From assembly GCA_013265495.1 (NCBI GenBank), contig MU058039.1:312591-376590 (forward strand): a stretch of 64,000 nucleotides of DNA, given 5' to 3'. The notes below the pieces were generated by a model, which saw only the letters and a program-made list of their open reading frames with translations, was not told the origin of the DNA and did no database searches. The position numbers and the translations under genes were made by a program. Below, piece after piece: positions 13,591 through 35,879 of the stretch (position 1 is the first letter of the stretch; every line of letters begins with the position of its first letter). Source of the stretch: Vicugna vicugna. Lineage: Eukaryota.

Positions 13591-13659
13591 AAGAATTATT
13601 TAATTTTAAATGCTTCATGTTAATCAGAAGCTCTCAGTGAATTATACTTTTTTAAAAAC

Positions 13660-13781
13660 TTTTTTGGGGGAGGTAATTAGGTTTATTTATTTAGATGGAG
13701 ATAATAGGGATGGAGGTACTGGGTACCCAGGACCTCATGCATGCTAAGCACACACACTATCCCTGAGCTATACCCTCTCCC
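13660..13781 (-). mobile_element. tRNA-Ala-derived SINE (camelid-type)
   Basis: Minus strand GGGAGAGGGTATAGCTCAG...GCTTAGCATGCATGAGGTCCTGGG...AGTACCTCCA plus A-rich tail. Confidence 0.85.
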
Positions 13782-13899
13782 AGTATTTTATGGATATTTA
13801 ATAGTGTTCTAGTTGCACTGAGGAAACTGGAGTTTGGAGACAAGCTAGATAGTGCTAAGTATTGAAATACAGGCTCCTGCTATTTAAAAATTAGCCATG

Positions 13900-14237
13900 T
13901 TTACCAGGGAGAAAGAGGAGAAAGGGATAGATTAGGAGTTTGGGATTAACAGATACACATTACTATATATAAAACAAATAAACAACAAGGACCTACTCTA
14001 CAGCACAGGGAACTATATTTAATTTCTTATAATGAACTGTAATGGAAAAGAACTGAAATATATATATATAACTGAATCACATTGCTGTACACCTGAAACT
14101 AACAATGTAAATCGACTACAACTTCAATGAAAAATAAGAATAAAAGAAACTTATAAAAGAATAAATAAGGGTGGAGAGAGAAGAAAAAAGAGAGAAACTT
14201 CTTTTCTTAATAAAAAGACAAATATTAAAATTCTGAA
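13900..14237 (+). mobile_element. 5'-truncated L1 3' end with extra 3' sequence, TSD-flanked
   Basis: Perfect 14-bp TSD aaaaattagccatg at 13886-13899 and 14238-14251. Confidence 0.85.
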
Positions 14238-17200
14238 AAAAATTAGCCATGCAACACATTTACAATAAGATGCCTATATATGAACTGGAATTATACACAC
14301 TTAATCTGTGACAGTGGTTGCCTAAGGGATAGGAGGGTTAAAAGTTTGAGAAACAGTGGGTCCTTGACATTAACGTTTTACATCTTTACTATAAAAATAC
14401 GAAGCAAACATTATATAATTTTAATGTATTAATTTTACATGGTGCATGATTGTTTTGTTGTATTTTTTGAACTGTTCAAAAAAAGCTTACCCATCCCACA
14501 AATTACTTATTAGAACGTTGAAAATTATTGTATTTATAATAGAAAGATCTGGTAGTCACCACCGTAGCAATCAAACAGCAACACCAACACTAGGACAAGT
14601 TACTGTATTTATTTACATAATGACACATTTAATGCTTTCTATTTATGTACAGTGCATCTCCTGCTGAAATAACCAATACACATCGCCATGTGGTTTTCTT
14701 GCCAAAACTGTTTCTCCTACATTTAATCATGAGGAAACAGAAAAATCCTGAAAATGAGATATTCTGCTAAACCTAAGATTCTAAAATGTTAGTGTCAAAA
14801 AAGATAAAAAGGTGGCGGTGACTATTCTCAAAAAAGATGAAAAGATGAAAACCTTGATCAGATCAGATTGGAAAAACATTTTATAAACCAGTTTTGAGAT
14901 AATTCTGGAAATTATGTACTTATTTTTGATTTTCTAACATGCATAGTCTTGATGTTAAGACAATCTGCTAGTTTTTAGATGATGCATGTTAAAGTATGAG
15001 CAAAATATAGTGTTAATAAAGGAAAAAATGTGGCAGGATGTTAACCACTTGTAAGTCTAGGATGTGATGGGTGTTCATTTTACTGTTTTTTTTTTTAACT
15101 TTTCTGTGGTTTTAGAAAACTTCAGAATAAAAAACTGGGAGGAAATAGCCAATAAAATAGCTAATAAAGTTTTTAGCTAATAAAAACTTCAAAATACAGA
15201 AATATTAGAATATTTAGGAAAACATGAATAATCTTAGAGTGAAAGAAACATTCTATCTAGGCATATCTGACCTATAAAAATGAAATCTATAACAAAGGAT
15301 GTATTACAAGTACAAAAGATGGTGAGAAATTATTTTTGTAACCCATATGATAAGATTGTAACCATAAACACACAAAAACTTCCACAGATTAGTGAAAGAG
15401 AAAAATAATACAAAAGAAATAGGGCAAAATTTATCAATAGGCAATTTACAGAAAATTTAGATGGCCATTAAGCAAATGAAAACAATCTATCTAATATTTA
15501 AAAGACTTCAAATTAAAGCAATGACATAATTTTTCATCAGAAAGGCTGACAAAGAGCACCAAGCGCTATTTAGACTGTGGAGAAATGTGCAACTCAACAC
15601 ACTGCTAACAAGACAATGTACTGTATCTGGAAAATAATCAGTAATTAGCTATTACAATAAAAATACATACTCTTTGATTCACAAATCTGATGTAAAAAAA
15701 TCTATCTTACGGAAATAAACACACACACACACACACGCAAGTATTTGTGTATAAAGATGTTTAATGACAATTGTTTGAAATAGCAAAGAACTGGAAACAG
15801 CATGAATGTTCCCCAATAGAGGCACAATTTGAATGTGTGATACTTCTACACATGTAGTATCTGCAGCTACCAGTATGAAAATGAGTAAATTTGATCTATA
15901 TGCACCTGGAAAGATGTCCATGATGTATTACACAGGAAAAGTGGCAGACTGATGTCCACACACTGATCTTGTTTAAATATATAAATACCCATAAACAACC
16001 ACCTACAAAAGTGTATATTTAAGCATAAAGAAACCTATGGAAAGGTATCGACTGCTTTTAAATGTTAGTTTAGAATGTCAGGTGATTTTTTTCCCCTTTT
16101 TGTGTATTTACTATAATTTCTTGTGGAGAGGGGATGCATTATGTGATTTCAGAAGGGCAATTCAAATATGCAAAAAATGTATAATAAAAATAAGTTTAAT
16201 TTCCAATATTTCTTATGAAAATAAACTGTTAGAAGTAGAGAACAAAGTAATGCAATAATGGCCCATTTGACCATCTTTATTCTTCTGTTTCTTGTACATT
16301 TTACCTTAGAAGAGAATCTCCAATTTTGAAAACTTAATTTCTGGACTAAACATACCAGTGATAAAGCTGTCTATTGTGTTATCATGCTCTTAAAATTCCA
16401 GGAACTTGGCTTAAAAAAAAAATTCTCATGTTGAATTAAGATGACACGAGAAGGACTGTGAAAGAAGATGGTTAAAAGATTTTCTTTCTTTAGGACAACA
16501 AAGGTCCCCAACATAGAAAAAAAATGTGATTGATGTACAGAGACAGCACCTTGTTCTCCCCTAAACTTAGTTGGCCACCAGCTATAATGTTCAGAATTTC
16601 CACCCCTGGGATTATCCCTTTGAGCTACAGCAGCATTTACAAAAATAGTTCACATGCAAAAGACATTAAGGCATTATAAGAAGGGATCCTGGGTCAAATA
16701 GTTTGACACATGATAGGTTAAAGTGAAAAAAAAATGGCTTTACTACAATATTTATTACAGCCCTGATGAAATAAAATGAACTTATTGATCCAAGAATTGA
16801 TGTGAAATATGCAGTGATTTACGGGCTTATTTGGCCACAGAATCTTTTTTTCCAATACCATCTGAGTTCTAACATTACATGAAATATACCATGGGAAATT
16901 TCAGGTTACTATATTATTGCTGAAATTCAATTATTAACACACAGATATTTCCCCACATCAAGCAATTAAAAGCAAACAATTTTAAGATAGCACATGGTAA
17001 ATCACTCTTACATTATTGTAAAAACATTTTGCATATGTGGCAATTATGCAATCCACCCAGTAATGATAGGTTTATTCATGATATAATGAATTACAAAACC
17101 TGAGAATAAAGGCTTTTTCTCAATGGAGGGTGGTAGTGACACCAAAGCAATCTTGCAAAACATGTATGAATTATGAGTCTCTAATTTTTGGTGTGCAATA

Positions 17201-17479
17201 ACTAAACTTTGTACTAACTGGCAAATCACAGTGTATTTAAATTATATACATTGATAATTTAAAATCTGTTAAACAATAATACTGATAATAGCTAATAAAA
17301 ATATTAAGGGAGTGTGTCTTGGCTAGGTAACTTTAAAAGCTTCATATCTTTTTGGAGCCAATTAATTTATAATTCAAATAACAAAAAGACTAACAGATTA
17401 AATAATTCCAATTTTTATAGAACTGTTGGGATACTAGCACTGATAGTTTGAAAAACTAAAAATCATATATAATTCTTCA

Positions 17480-17975
17480 CAATACTAAGTGAAATAAGTC
17501 AGGGACAAGTACCATATGCTCTCAGTTATAAATGGAATCTAAAAAAAAAAAAACAAAAATTCACCAAACTCATAGATAACAAAGAAGATAGATAACAAAG
17601 ATTAGATGGGAGGTTGCCAGAGGTAGAAGCAGGGGTGAGTGAAATGGGTGAAGGGTGTCAAAAGGTACAAAACTCTATTATAAACTATATATATATATAA
17701 ATTATAAAGTAATAAGTCATGGGAATGTAGTACACAGCATAGCAACTATAGTTAATAATACTGTATTTGCATATTTCAAAATTGCCAAGTAAATCTTAAA
17801 AGTTTTCATCAAAAGGAAAAATATACTGTAACTATGTATGGTGAGAGATGTTAAATAGACTTATTGTGGTGATCATTTAAAAATATACATAAATACTGAA
17901 TATCATGTTGTACACCTGAAACTAAAATGTTTTGTCAGTTATACCTCAGAAAAAAAAAGAAAAGAAAAGAAAAAT
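17480..17975 (+). mobile_element. L1MA-type 3' end
   Basis: 'ctaagtgaaataagtcag...gttgccagagg...catagcaactatagttaataatactgtat...gttgtacacctgaaact' and A-rich tail. Confidence 0.75.
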
Positions 17976-18639
17976 AGTTCCTACCTTGAGAAAAAAAGGT
18001 TAAAATTTCATGATGGAAAAAAATCTCTGAAATCATTTAACATTTTCCATAAAAGAAAAATTTTTTTTCAGATTTATTTTTGTATACCAGAAGTTGTTTT
18101 TATTTCAGTACATTTGTCTTAAGCCAAATATTAATTTTTAGACATGGCTATTAAGCATTCAGCCAAAGTATGTTTTCAATGGACTTCTCCAAGTAATAGT
18201 ATTGCATGAAATTTTAATTTAAATTGTGTACAAATTGGAGTGGTGTAAAATGTATTTCTTCATTTGGGTCACCCTCAAAGAAGTCTGAAAAAACATCATA
18301 TACCAAAACCATTCACTAAGAGAATGAAAATGACTTGAGGCTGCATCGAGTCATTTTTTTGGGTCATAGTTATCTCTTGGAAATACTATTTCTAAGCTCT
18401 GAAATTGTAATTAATCTAGAAAAGATTAAGTCGTAGACATTCTGGTTAAGTGGTATTCCTTTGTATCCTTTTGTCTGTTAGATATTATTTACATTTTTCT
18501 TATTTATATTTATTATCATTTAAAGCTATTATCTATTATTATCTGCTCCTGTTTGATTTTGATGTTAGGGCTATGCTACTAGCCTCAAAGAACGAACTTC
18601 AAAATTTTTATTAGGGCAAGAGTTGAAAAATTTCAAGTT

Positions 18640-21320
18640 TACTACTAACTGGTCTAAATTTCTCAAAAAACACAAAGTACCAAATCTCACATAAGACAAA
18701 ATAGATATCCCAAATTGCAAATAACTATTAAAAAAACTGAATTTATATTGTAAAGCTCCCCAAAAAGAAATCCTCAGGCCCAAATGGCTCCACTGGCAAC
18801 ATTTCACAAACACTAGAAGAATGAACACAAATTTTATAAAACTTCTTCCAAAAAACAGAAGGAATGCTGTCCAACTCATTTTATGAGGCCAATATTACAC
18901 TGATCCCAAAATGAGACAGACTAGGAAAAAAAGAACATCTCTCGTAATTTTTGACATAAAAATCCTCAAAATGTTAGCAAATCAAATCCAACAAGGAAAT
19001 TATACAATCTAAGTAAGTGAGATTTATGACAAGTATACAAGACAGATTTGACATAAAAAAAATCAATGTAAACCACCATATCAACAGGTTGAAGAAGAAA
19101 AATCCTATGATCAACTGCCTCAGAAAAATTTCAATTGCTGCAGAAAAAGCATTTGATAAAATCCAACATCTATTCAAGATTTTTTAAAAAAATCTTTCAG
19201 GAAGTTAGGCATAGAGAACTCCTTCAATTTAAAAACAAGCATCTACACAAAACCTTTAGCTGGCATCATACTTAATAGTGAAAGATCGAATGTTTCCCCC
19301 CTAAGATTAGAAACAAGGCAAGGATGCTCTCACTACAGTTACTCAACATAACACTAGTCATCTTAATAAAGCAAGCAAAAGAAAAGACACAGACACTAGA
19401 AAAGAAGAAACAATACTGTCCCTGTTTACAGCTGACATGATCGTCTAGGTAGGAAATCCCAAGGAATTTACTAAAAAAATATCTTCCAGAACTAATTAGT
19501 AAGTTTTGCAACAAGGTCATAGATTACAAGATCAACACACAAGTTATTCAGAATCAGTATACAAATTATATTGATATTACAATCTATGACTTTGTTGTAG
19601 AACTCATTAATTATATAATTTATATACTGCTTTATATATATGTATATGTACATATATAATTTGTGTATACTACTGATTATGTAAAAACAAAAACAAAATA
19701 CCACTTACAACTTTTCCAAAGAAAATTAAGTTATACACTTAGAAATCATGTATGAGATCTGTATGCCAAAAATTACAATTCTAATAAAAGAAATCAAAGA
19801 AGACTGCATTAGTTTCCTAGGGCTGCCATAACAAACTATCCCAAACTTGGTTTAAAACAACTAAACTCTATTTTCTCAAGTCCTGGGGGCTAGAAGTCTA
19901 AAATCAAGGTATTGGCAGGCACATGCTTTCTCTAAAGGCTCTAGGGGATGATCCTTTCTTGCCCCTCCCAGTTTCTAGTGGCTGCTGGTAACCCTTGGTG
20001 TTCCTTGGCTTGCAGATGCATCACGTCAACCTTGCCTCTGTCAACCTTGCCTCTGACACATAGGGAAGATGTGTCTGCATCCATATTTGCCTCTTCTTAT
20101 AAGGATACCAGTCATTAGAGTAATGCCTGCTCTAATCCAATATGACCTCAACTTTATTACATTTGCAAAGTCTCTGTTTCCAAATAAGGCCACCTTCACA
20201 GGTATTGAGAGTTAGGACTTAAACATTTTGTGGAACACAGTTAAACTCACCATAAAGACCTAAAAATGGATGTATAATCAAATTCATGGATTGGAAGACT
20301 TAGATAGTAAAGATGTCAATTATCCCCAAATTGAAATTCTATTAAAACAGTAACCAAGACAGGGTAGAACTGGTGGAGGGATAGACACATAGGTCAATGG
20401 AAGAGAACAGAAAACCCAGAAAGAGACATACAAATATGTCCGGTGGACTTTTGATAAAGGCACAAAAGCAATTCAATGGAGGAAGATAGCCTTTTCAAGA
20501 AATGGTACTGGAGCAACTGGACCCATAAACCAAAACAAACAGTAACATGAAGCTAAAGCTTATCACATATGCAAAAATTAACTCAAAATGGATCAGACTT
20601 AAATGTAAAACATACAACCATGAAAACTTTAGGCAAAAACACAGGAGAGGATCTTTGGAATCTGGAGGTAAACAAGGAGTCCTTAGATTTGATACCAAAA
20701 GCAAGATCCATAAAAGGAAACATTAATAAGCTAGACTTTATCAAAATTATAAACTTTAGCTCTTCAAAAGACTCTGCTAAAAGGATGAAAAGCTAAGCTA
20801 CGCACTGGGAAAAAAACTGTGCAAACCACATATCCAACAAAGGAATAGGATCATCTAGAATAAAGAAAGCAGTCTCTCAAAATCCAACAGTTAAAAAAAA
20901 AAACCACAACTAAAAAATGAAGGAGTAAAAGGCACAGTCATTTCACCACATCGGATATAGAGACGGCAAATAAGCACATGAAAAAGTGTTCATCAGTAGC
21001 CACTAGGGAAATGGTAATTAAAACCACAGAGATTTGACTATACACCTATAAGAATGGCTATGATAAAAAGTGGTGACAAAACCAAACGCTGATACAGATG
21101 CAGAGAAACTGGGTCACTCATGTTCCTGGTGGGAGTGTAAAACGGAAAAGCCACTTTGGAAAATGATTTGTCCATTTCTTACAAGAGAAACATTCATTTA
21201 CTATATAATCCAGAAACTACTCTCTCAAACATTTGTACCAAAGAAATTGAAACTTACGTTCACTAAAAACTTACACAAAAATGTTCACAAGCACCTTTAT
21301 TTGTAATGGCGAAACACTTA
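18640..21320 (+). mobile_element. Old L1 ORF2 fragments interrupted by an MLT1 LTR
   Basis: Decayed RT-region motifs (e.g. 'gcagaaaaagcatttgataaaatccaacat', 'aaacaaggcaaggatgct'). Confidence 0.75.
19805..20250 (-). mobile_element. MaLR LTR, MLT1C/D-like
   Basis: 'tgcattagtttcctagggctgccataacaaact...gaagtctaaaatcaaggtattggcagg...ttccaaataaggc'. Confidence 0.8.
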
Positions 21321-21812
21321 TTTTTTTCCTTAGGGTTTCCTTTCAGTAAGAATTTTGATTCAGAACAAGGTATAACCTTGCATAAATTATATTAAAATAT
21401 TTTGTTCCAAAATGATTTATCTGATGCTTAGTAGAAGTGATGAAAGATTTACCTTAGGTACTGTATTTGTAAAGTTTCCTTCTTATTTGAATTGTAAACA
21501 ATTAAGATGCTAAATAAAATTAATGTTTACAATAATAACTTTTATTAAGCATAAACTATGTAGTACACAATGCTTTAAGGCTTTATATGTATTTACTTCT
21601 TCAAATTGCAGAACACTATGAAACATATGACATTGTTTTATGAAACTAAAACAGGGGTTAAGTAAACTTCCCAAAGGAACATCCATGTAGTAAACAGTAG
21701 AGCTCAGATGATGCTGAACAAGAGAACAATGCTCAACAAGAGAACCCTACATTTTAGGGTTGAGCTCTCATATGAATTCACTAATGTCTAACAAGGATTG
21801 AAGTATGATGGA

Positions 21813-21963
21813 GAATATGAAAAGGTATATGTATGTATGTATGTGTGTGTGTGTGTGTATGTATGTGTATATATATATACACACATATATATATATGAAT
21901 CACTATGCTGTACACCAGAAATTAACACAACATTGTAAATCAACTATACTTCAATTAAAACAA
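21813..21963 (+). mobile_element. Short L1 3' tip with (TA/TG)n, inserted downstream of gene 1 stop
   Basis: TSD gaagtatgatgga 21800-21812 vs gaaatatgatgga 21964-21976. Confidence 0.7.
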
Positions 21964-22131
21964 GAAATATGATGGAAAGCAATTTGGTATTTATATTAAC
22001 CTAGCCTTTCTTTACTGTGAATTCTCTGAAGGTGAGTTACTCATCAGTGAAAGTTAAAAAGGATCCCCACATTCATAATCTGAATTTTCTGATATTCCAA
22101 AGCTGAATTCAAGGGCAAATAGGTAAAGGAT

Positions 22132-31356
<9,225 letters not shown>

Positions 31357-31365
<9 letters not shown>

Positions 31366-31426
31366 GGTTTAGAATGGCAATTTATTAGTCCTCCTCTGGC
31401 TTCTTCTTGTGTAGAAATGCAGAGTC
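31357..31426 (-). CDS. Gene 1 start-codon exon (5' UTR + MPH)
   Basis: atcAG|GACTCTGC...AAACCATGCCCCAT|GTGAGT; ATG 31365-31363; phase 0 matches KRAB-A. Confidence 0.85.
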
Positions 31427-32264
31427 CTGATAATATAAAGTCAGGAAAGAAAAAGGAAATCATGAGAGCAGGCCTGGTTCTAAATGACTTAAGGTAAGAT
31501 AAATATTTCCTTCTCTTTTCATGGCACGTGGTCCCTTCCATGGCACAATATATATACTGAGATTTGTAGAAATCTAGACAATCACATCCCTTCCCCAATC
31601 TCCAAAAACTGATACAGAATTAATTTATGCTAAAGCAGTACCCAATTCCTATGATGTTAGGGTTTCTCCGACCTGTCCTGAGTGGTTCAGCTTTTACAGA
31701 TGAGGGGACCCTGATCCAAAACGTATTCAAGTCATACCAGCTTCAAGGACATTGATGGGGCCCTTGGAAGTGCTCTTGTAAGCCAAATCCTGGAACAAAC
31801 ACTTCTTACAACTAAGACCTGCCTTTTCCCCCCAGGCCTAACACACTAAATACCTCAGGGTGCCTCCCTGGCTCATTCTCACATTCCAGGAGCAAAAGGC
31901 ATTTAGAGTCCATAGTGTAGGCTTCATCCAGGCCACATGAAGTCACACTAGATGCATCAAGTAACCAAGGAACAAATCCAAAGCAACCTTTAACAGAAAA
32001 CAGCCTGTTTCATCAAATCACGGCCTCAGGTGAATTCAGGAACTCTGGAGACAGTATGCCCTTGTTATCCTGTGTAATGTCATTCTGCCTCTAAATGTAA
32101 GGCTAAGGATGACTTGAGAGTGTCTGTACAACAAATAATTCCATAGAGCACATACTATGTGCTAGATTCTTTATATACATTAACACTTACTTGACCAGCA
32201 AACAGGTCTGTGAATTTAACCACTCTCTGCCCCCACCAGCTATAAAATCTTCCTTTTATCTGTT

Positions 32265-33390
32265 TCTTTTCATAACAGCTTCATTGACATATAACTCACA
32301 TTCCATAAATTTATCCTTTTAACAGTACAACTGAGTGGCTTTTATTATATTCACGGAGATGTACAAACATTACCGCCACCTGATTTTAGAATATTCTCAT
32401 TACTCAAAAACCAAAACCCCACAACCATTAGCAATCACTTCATAATCTTGTTCACCCAGATCCCAGCAACTGCTATTTACTTCCTGTATCTACAAATATG
32501 CTTCTAGTCACTTCATATAAATGGAATTATACAATATGCGGTCTTTTGTGATGGGTTTCTCTCATACTGCATAACGTTTCAAGGCTCACTATATGTTGCA
32601 GCATGGGTCAGTACTTATTCCTTTACATTGCTAAATAATGTTCTGTTGTATGGATATACCACCTTTTTCCCATTCATCAATTCATGGACATTTGCATTGT
32701 TTCCACATATTGTTACTATGAATAATGCTACTAAGAACATTTACGTACGTTGTTTTGTGTGGAAATATGTTTCATTTCTCTTAGATATATATACCTGGGA
32801 ATGGAATTGCTGGGTCGTATGTTAACTCTATGTTTACCATTTTGAGGAACTGCCAAACTGTTTTTCAAAGCAGCTGCATCGTCTTACAATTTCACCATAG
32901 ATATATCAAAGTTCTACTTTTTCCACATCCTTGTCATCTTCTGGATTAAATTCATCCTAGTGGGTTTGAAGTGGTGTGTCATTTTGATTTTGATTTCCAT
33001 TTTCCCCAATGATGCTGAACAGCTTTATGTGCTTACTGGCCATCTGTATATCTTTTTGATAAATATGTATTCAAAGTCTTTGCTCATTTAAAAAATCTGG
33101 TTATTTGTCTTTTTATTGGTGAGTTGTAATAATTCCTCGAATATTCTAAAATACAATTCCCTTCTTGAACATGTGACCTTCAAATTTTGGGTCCCATTTT
33201 GTCAGCTGTATTTTTACTTTCTTGGCAGTGTCCTTTGAACCTTGAACATTTTTAATTTTGAGGAAGTCCAATTTATGTATTTTCCCCCGTCTAGTTACTT
33301 GTACTCTTACATTTAAGTCAATGGTGCATGTTGAATAAATTTTTGTGTGTGGCATGAAGTATGAACCTGTGACAAAATATTTCACAAGTG
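32265..33390 (-). mobile_element. L1MB-type 3' fragment
   Basis: 'catataaatggaattatacaatatgcggtcttttgtga...ttttgaggaactgccaaactgtttttcaaagcagctgca'. Confidence 0.8.
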
Positions 33391-35430
33391 CTATCTTGAC
33401 CCAATATTGACGTCATGGCTAAAAACTCTCAATTCCTCTTCACAGGAAGTTTGCTAAACCTCCATTCTAAACACTTCTCTTATCAAGATCGAACACAATA
33501 TACTAACCCATGAAACCTCAGTAGCCTTGCCATTTTACATAATCTTCACAGGCAAGATCTTAACTGCATCCATCTTTTTCCAGAAGCACAGGTATGACAT
33601 TATATTGATGACAACCTCCTCTGAGAATTCACAAACCATAATTTCACTATTGTTCATTATTTTCCTCATTCTGAAAACTGGTAAGAGGAAGAATCTGTCC
33701 TGCCTCCATGAACAATCTGTACCTCAGGATAAGCAATCAGTTGATGAAGGGAATTTTGACTTTACAGATGCATTACAGTTAAAGAATTAAGATAGAATTA
33801 AAAAGTTGAGAATATTTAGCAATCCCTAATGAAATAACAACATCCCCCAAAGAGATAAGCAGGCATTATGTGTCTCTTGATGGAAGTACACATTACCATC
33901 AATGAAGTCATTTTGCCAGGAAAAGAAAAAAAAGGAAGAAAGGAAGGAATCAGAACCAGAACCTGAACCTGCATCTTAATCTACAGGAAATATAGAAAAA
34001 TATGTTAATGATACCAGACTGTGGGAAATTATACAGAACTAATCACCTGGTTTCTTCAACAAATATATTGCAAGGAAAGAGAGAGAAAGAATGAGAATAA
34101 GAAACTATCAATTTTTAAAAAGACTTCATTAAGAGAATTATGAACCAATCACAACACATGGGTCTTACTTGGACCCAGATTCAAAGAAACCTTAAAATTA
34201 AAAAAAGTTATTTTCCCTGAGAGAAAGTCTAAACACTACTGGAAATCTAATAAAGAAGTACTGTTTATTTTGAGGGAGAATAATGGTATTAAGCTTTTTT
34301 AAAGACTCATCATTTACATACACATTGAAATATTTATGGAAGAAATGATATAACTTCTGGCATTTACTTTAAAATAATGCTGGGGTGGGCAGAGGTCTAT
34401 GAGTCAATCATTATGAAGCTGAGCAAAGGGTGGAACATAGAGGTTCATTACTGTTTTCTCTATTGTTGTGTATGTTTGAATTTTTCATTAAAAAAAGTTA
34501 AAGAAAATGCTGGGCATGGCTCAGCAAACTGATTTTACCACATACATAAAAATAAGGTAACAACCCCATAGTCTGAAAACCTCTACAATAACAATAATTT
34601 TCTAAAGCTTTCCAACAGCTAGCAGAGTACCTTGAATGAAACACAAAATCTGAAAATATTGATTAGAAAAGTGATAATACAGCCTCTCTGAGGGGCAATA
34701 TAGCAAGAACTATTAAAATTTAAAGTCCACACTTAAGTTGGCCCAGAAAGTAGTATTCATCCTACTGATAAACTCATGAAATGAGCATCTATACAAGGAT
34801 ATTTATCCCACCACTGTTTATAATAGGAAGAGACTGATAGTCATCTGAAAGTTAATTAATAAGGGTCAGTTTTTAAAATTATAAAAGTATGGAATACAGT
34901 TCATCTATAAAAAAAGAATAAGCCCTTCATGTATTAATACATGTACAGAATCCCCCTGGAAGTACTCAAGAAACTAGTCACACAGGTTGCCTCTGAAGTT
35001 GGAAAACTACATGACTAGGGGCAGGGCTGGGAGGGAGAATTCGCCGAGTACTCTTTTGAACCTTTTAAATACTTAGAGTATCATCATTTTAAAAATAAAA
35101 TTGAGAAGAAAATACTAAAATAAAATCAAGGTTTCAAATTTCACTCTGTGAGATTTATGCTATTACTTCAAAAACCTTAGAAAAAGAGTAGGTATACAGG
35201 TGGAATTAAAATACCTGGCAGATGCATATGTGTACCTCAGGTTAAGAGGAGAGAAATGGAGTGGAACAGCTCCTTTGAGTCCACTCCTCTAGCCCCCCAT
35301 TATTCTGCGGAATATGAAGGTCCAAGAACCAGATCACTAAAGGACCCTAGCTATGAATTTTCAAGAGGCAGGAAGATAAATCCTGAAAAACCAGAAAGCA
35401 CTTCAGAGACAAAAAAGAGTAACAACTCAC

Positions 35431-35485
35431 CTTGGATAAAGCTCTTAGTTGTCCAACAGCTACTCTTCCCCTGTTCTCTGGTCAC
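35431..35485 (-). other. Candidate non-coding 5' UTR exon of gene 1 (55 bp)
   Basis: ttcttttacacAG|GTGACC...ATCCAAG|GTGAGT, strong consensus at both ends. Confidence 0.6.
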
Positions 35486-35520
35486 CTGTGTAAAAGAAAT
35501 TGGTAGAGTTAAAGACTCTT

Positions 35521-35636
35521 GAGGGGAGGACATAGCTCAGGGGTAGAGTTTATGCTTAGCATGTCTGAGGTCCTAGGTTCAATTCAGTACCTCCATTTAA
35601 AAATAAATAAATAATAAAATGTGTTTTAAAATAAAA
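35521..35636 (+). mobile_element. tRNA-Ala-derived SINE
   Basis: A/B-box-like head, A-rich tail, TSD agagttaaagactctt 35505-35520 vs agagttaaagaatctt 35637-35652. Confidence 0.9.
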
Positions 35637-35879
35637 AGAGTTAAAGAATCTTGAGACTTCAAGCCTTTCTTTGAGCCCAGATATATCCGTTAGAAACAAA
35701 CATCTACCCTCCCCACCCCCTCCATCCCACCCCGGTTAGTAGACACTCAGCCGACTGGCAATATGATGCTCTCCTCCCACAAGAATAACCCCAGGAATCT
35801 CACCACCTCGGGGGGTTTTCTGTCGTTCATTTCAACCCCCCGAGCTTACGGCCATTTCCGACCCTAAAATTCTCATTCT

